Assembly (NCBI GenBank): GCA_963693365.1
Contig: CAVNZM010000107.1
Span: 1-7,540 of the forward strand
Reading direction: 5' to 3'
DNA: 7,540 nucleotides
Source: Amoebidium appalachense
Taxonomy: Eukaryota; Protista; Ichthyosporea
Shown in pieces: positions 7,119 through 7,540 of this stretch (its first letter is position 1; every line of letters starts with the position of its first letter). The translations under genes were made by a program, and so were the position numbers. A model generated the notes under the pieces. The model was given only the letters and a program-made list of their open reading frames with translations. It was not told the origin of the DNA and searched no databases.

Positions 7119-7540
7119 ACCCTCACCATCTTGGTGAGGGTGGACAGGGCACGATGCCCGAGACGGTGGTGCCAGAGCTGAGGATCATTGTTGACCTTGA
7201 CGTTGGCTACCAGAGCAGTGACGGTCCGAGAGGGATGGAGGGACATATCTCATAGTCAGTGATGAAGGTACAGTCCATCTGTGCCTGTGAGGGAACACAC
7301 GATGTTGCCACCACGAGTGTAGAGGTATGATGGGAATTCATCCTCATCATCGAGGTGGGCAAGGAGGCCCGACTTGGAGGCCAGTGAGGGTGATATCAGG
7401 AAGGCTGGGGAGTCGGGTACATCGAGGGTGTTGAGGCTCAGTACTGATGTTACTCCGTTGTAGGTGACGGCCAGGTTGATGACACCACGGTGATGTGCAG
7501 TGACGATGCCGAGGCCGTGGACGTCAGTCGGGGGGCATGG
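7119..7540 (-). pseudogene. Copia protease C-terminal region and GAG-pre-integrase segment, with two in-frame TGA stops (not in the ORF track)
   Basis: Read from 7540: PCPPTDVHGLGIVTAHHRGVINLAVTYNGVTSVLSLNTLDVPDSPAFLISPS...TDGLYLHH*L*DMSLHPSRTVTALVANVKVNNDPQLWHHRLGHRALSTLTKMV. GLY and LWHxRLGH are copia hallmarks. Stops are at 7258-7256 and 7252-7250. Confidence 0.85.

Larger units (their letters stand above)
2600..7540 (-). mobile_element. Ty1/copia LTR retrotransposon (5' part outside the window), pol disrupted
   Basis: Domain order protease-integrase-RT-RNase H is diagnostic of copia. A PPT and a TGTTG LTR start lie at 3560-3545. The left boundary at 2600 is tentative; the span 3545-7540 is well supported. 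Confidence 0.85.

Noticed and set aside
4261-7255. Long antisense and alternate-frame ORFs over copia pol (e.g. 4533..5711 minus, 4966..5811 plus, 6372..6794 plus)
   Set aside because: They are typical shadows of strongly C-ending codon usage and carry no independent motifs.

Overview
This is eukaryotic-style repeat DNA holding two convergent retrotransposons and no recognisable host gene. (1) On the + strand at 1..~2570 is the 3' part of a tyrosine-recombinase (YR) retrotransposon of the DIRS order, probably Ngaro-like. Its RT/RNase H frame is open from base 1 to TAA 1429-1431, and an intact YR follows in the same frame (to 2523) with no ATG near its start. The junction reads GCTAAC-C28-AG, which matches a spliceosomal branch point, pyrimidine tract and 3' splice site. 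(2) On the - strand from 7540 leftward is a Ty1/copia element (protease C-term, integrase, RT, RNase H) broken by two TGA stops and two 1-nt frameshifts. It has a ~710-bp 3' region containing a 56-bp-period hairpin array with compensatory substitutions, a PPT at 3550-3560 and a candidate 3' LTR starting at 3549. The LTR may run to 2600 and would then contain a G27/(GA)n tract. Everything here comes from reading the sequence by eye; no searches or folding programs were run.
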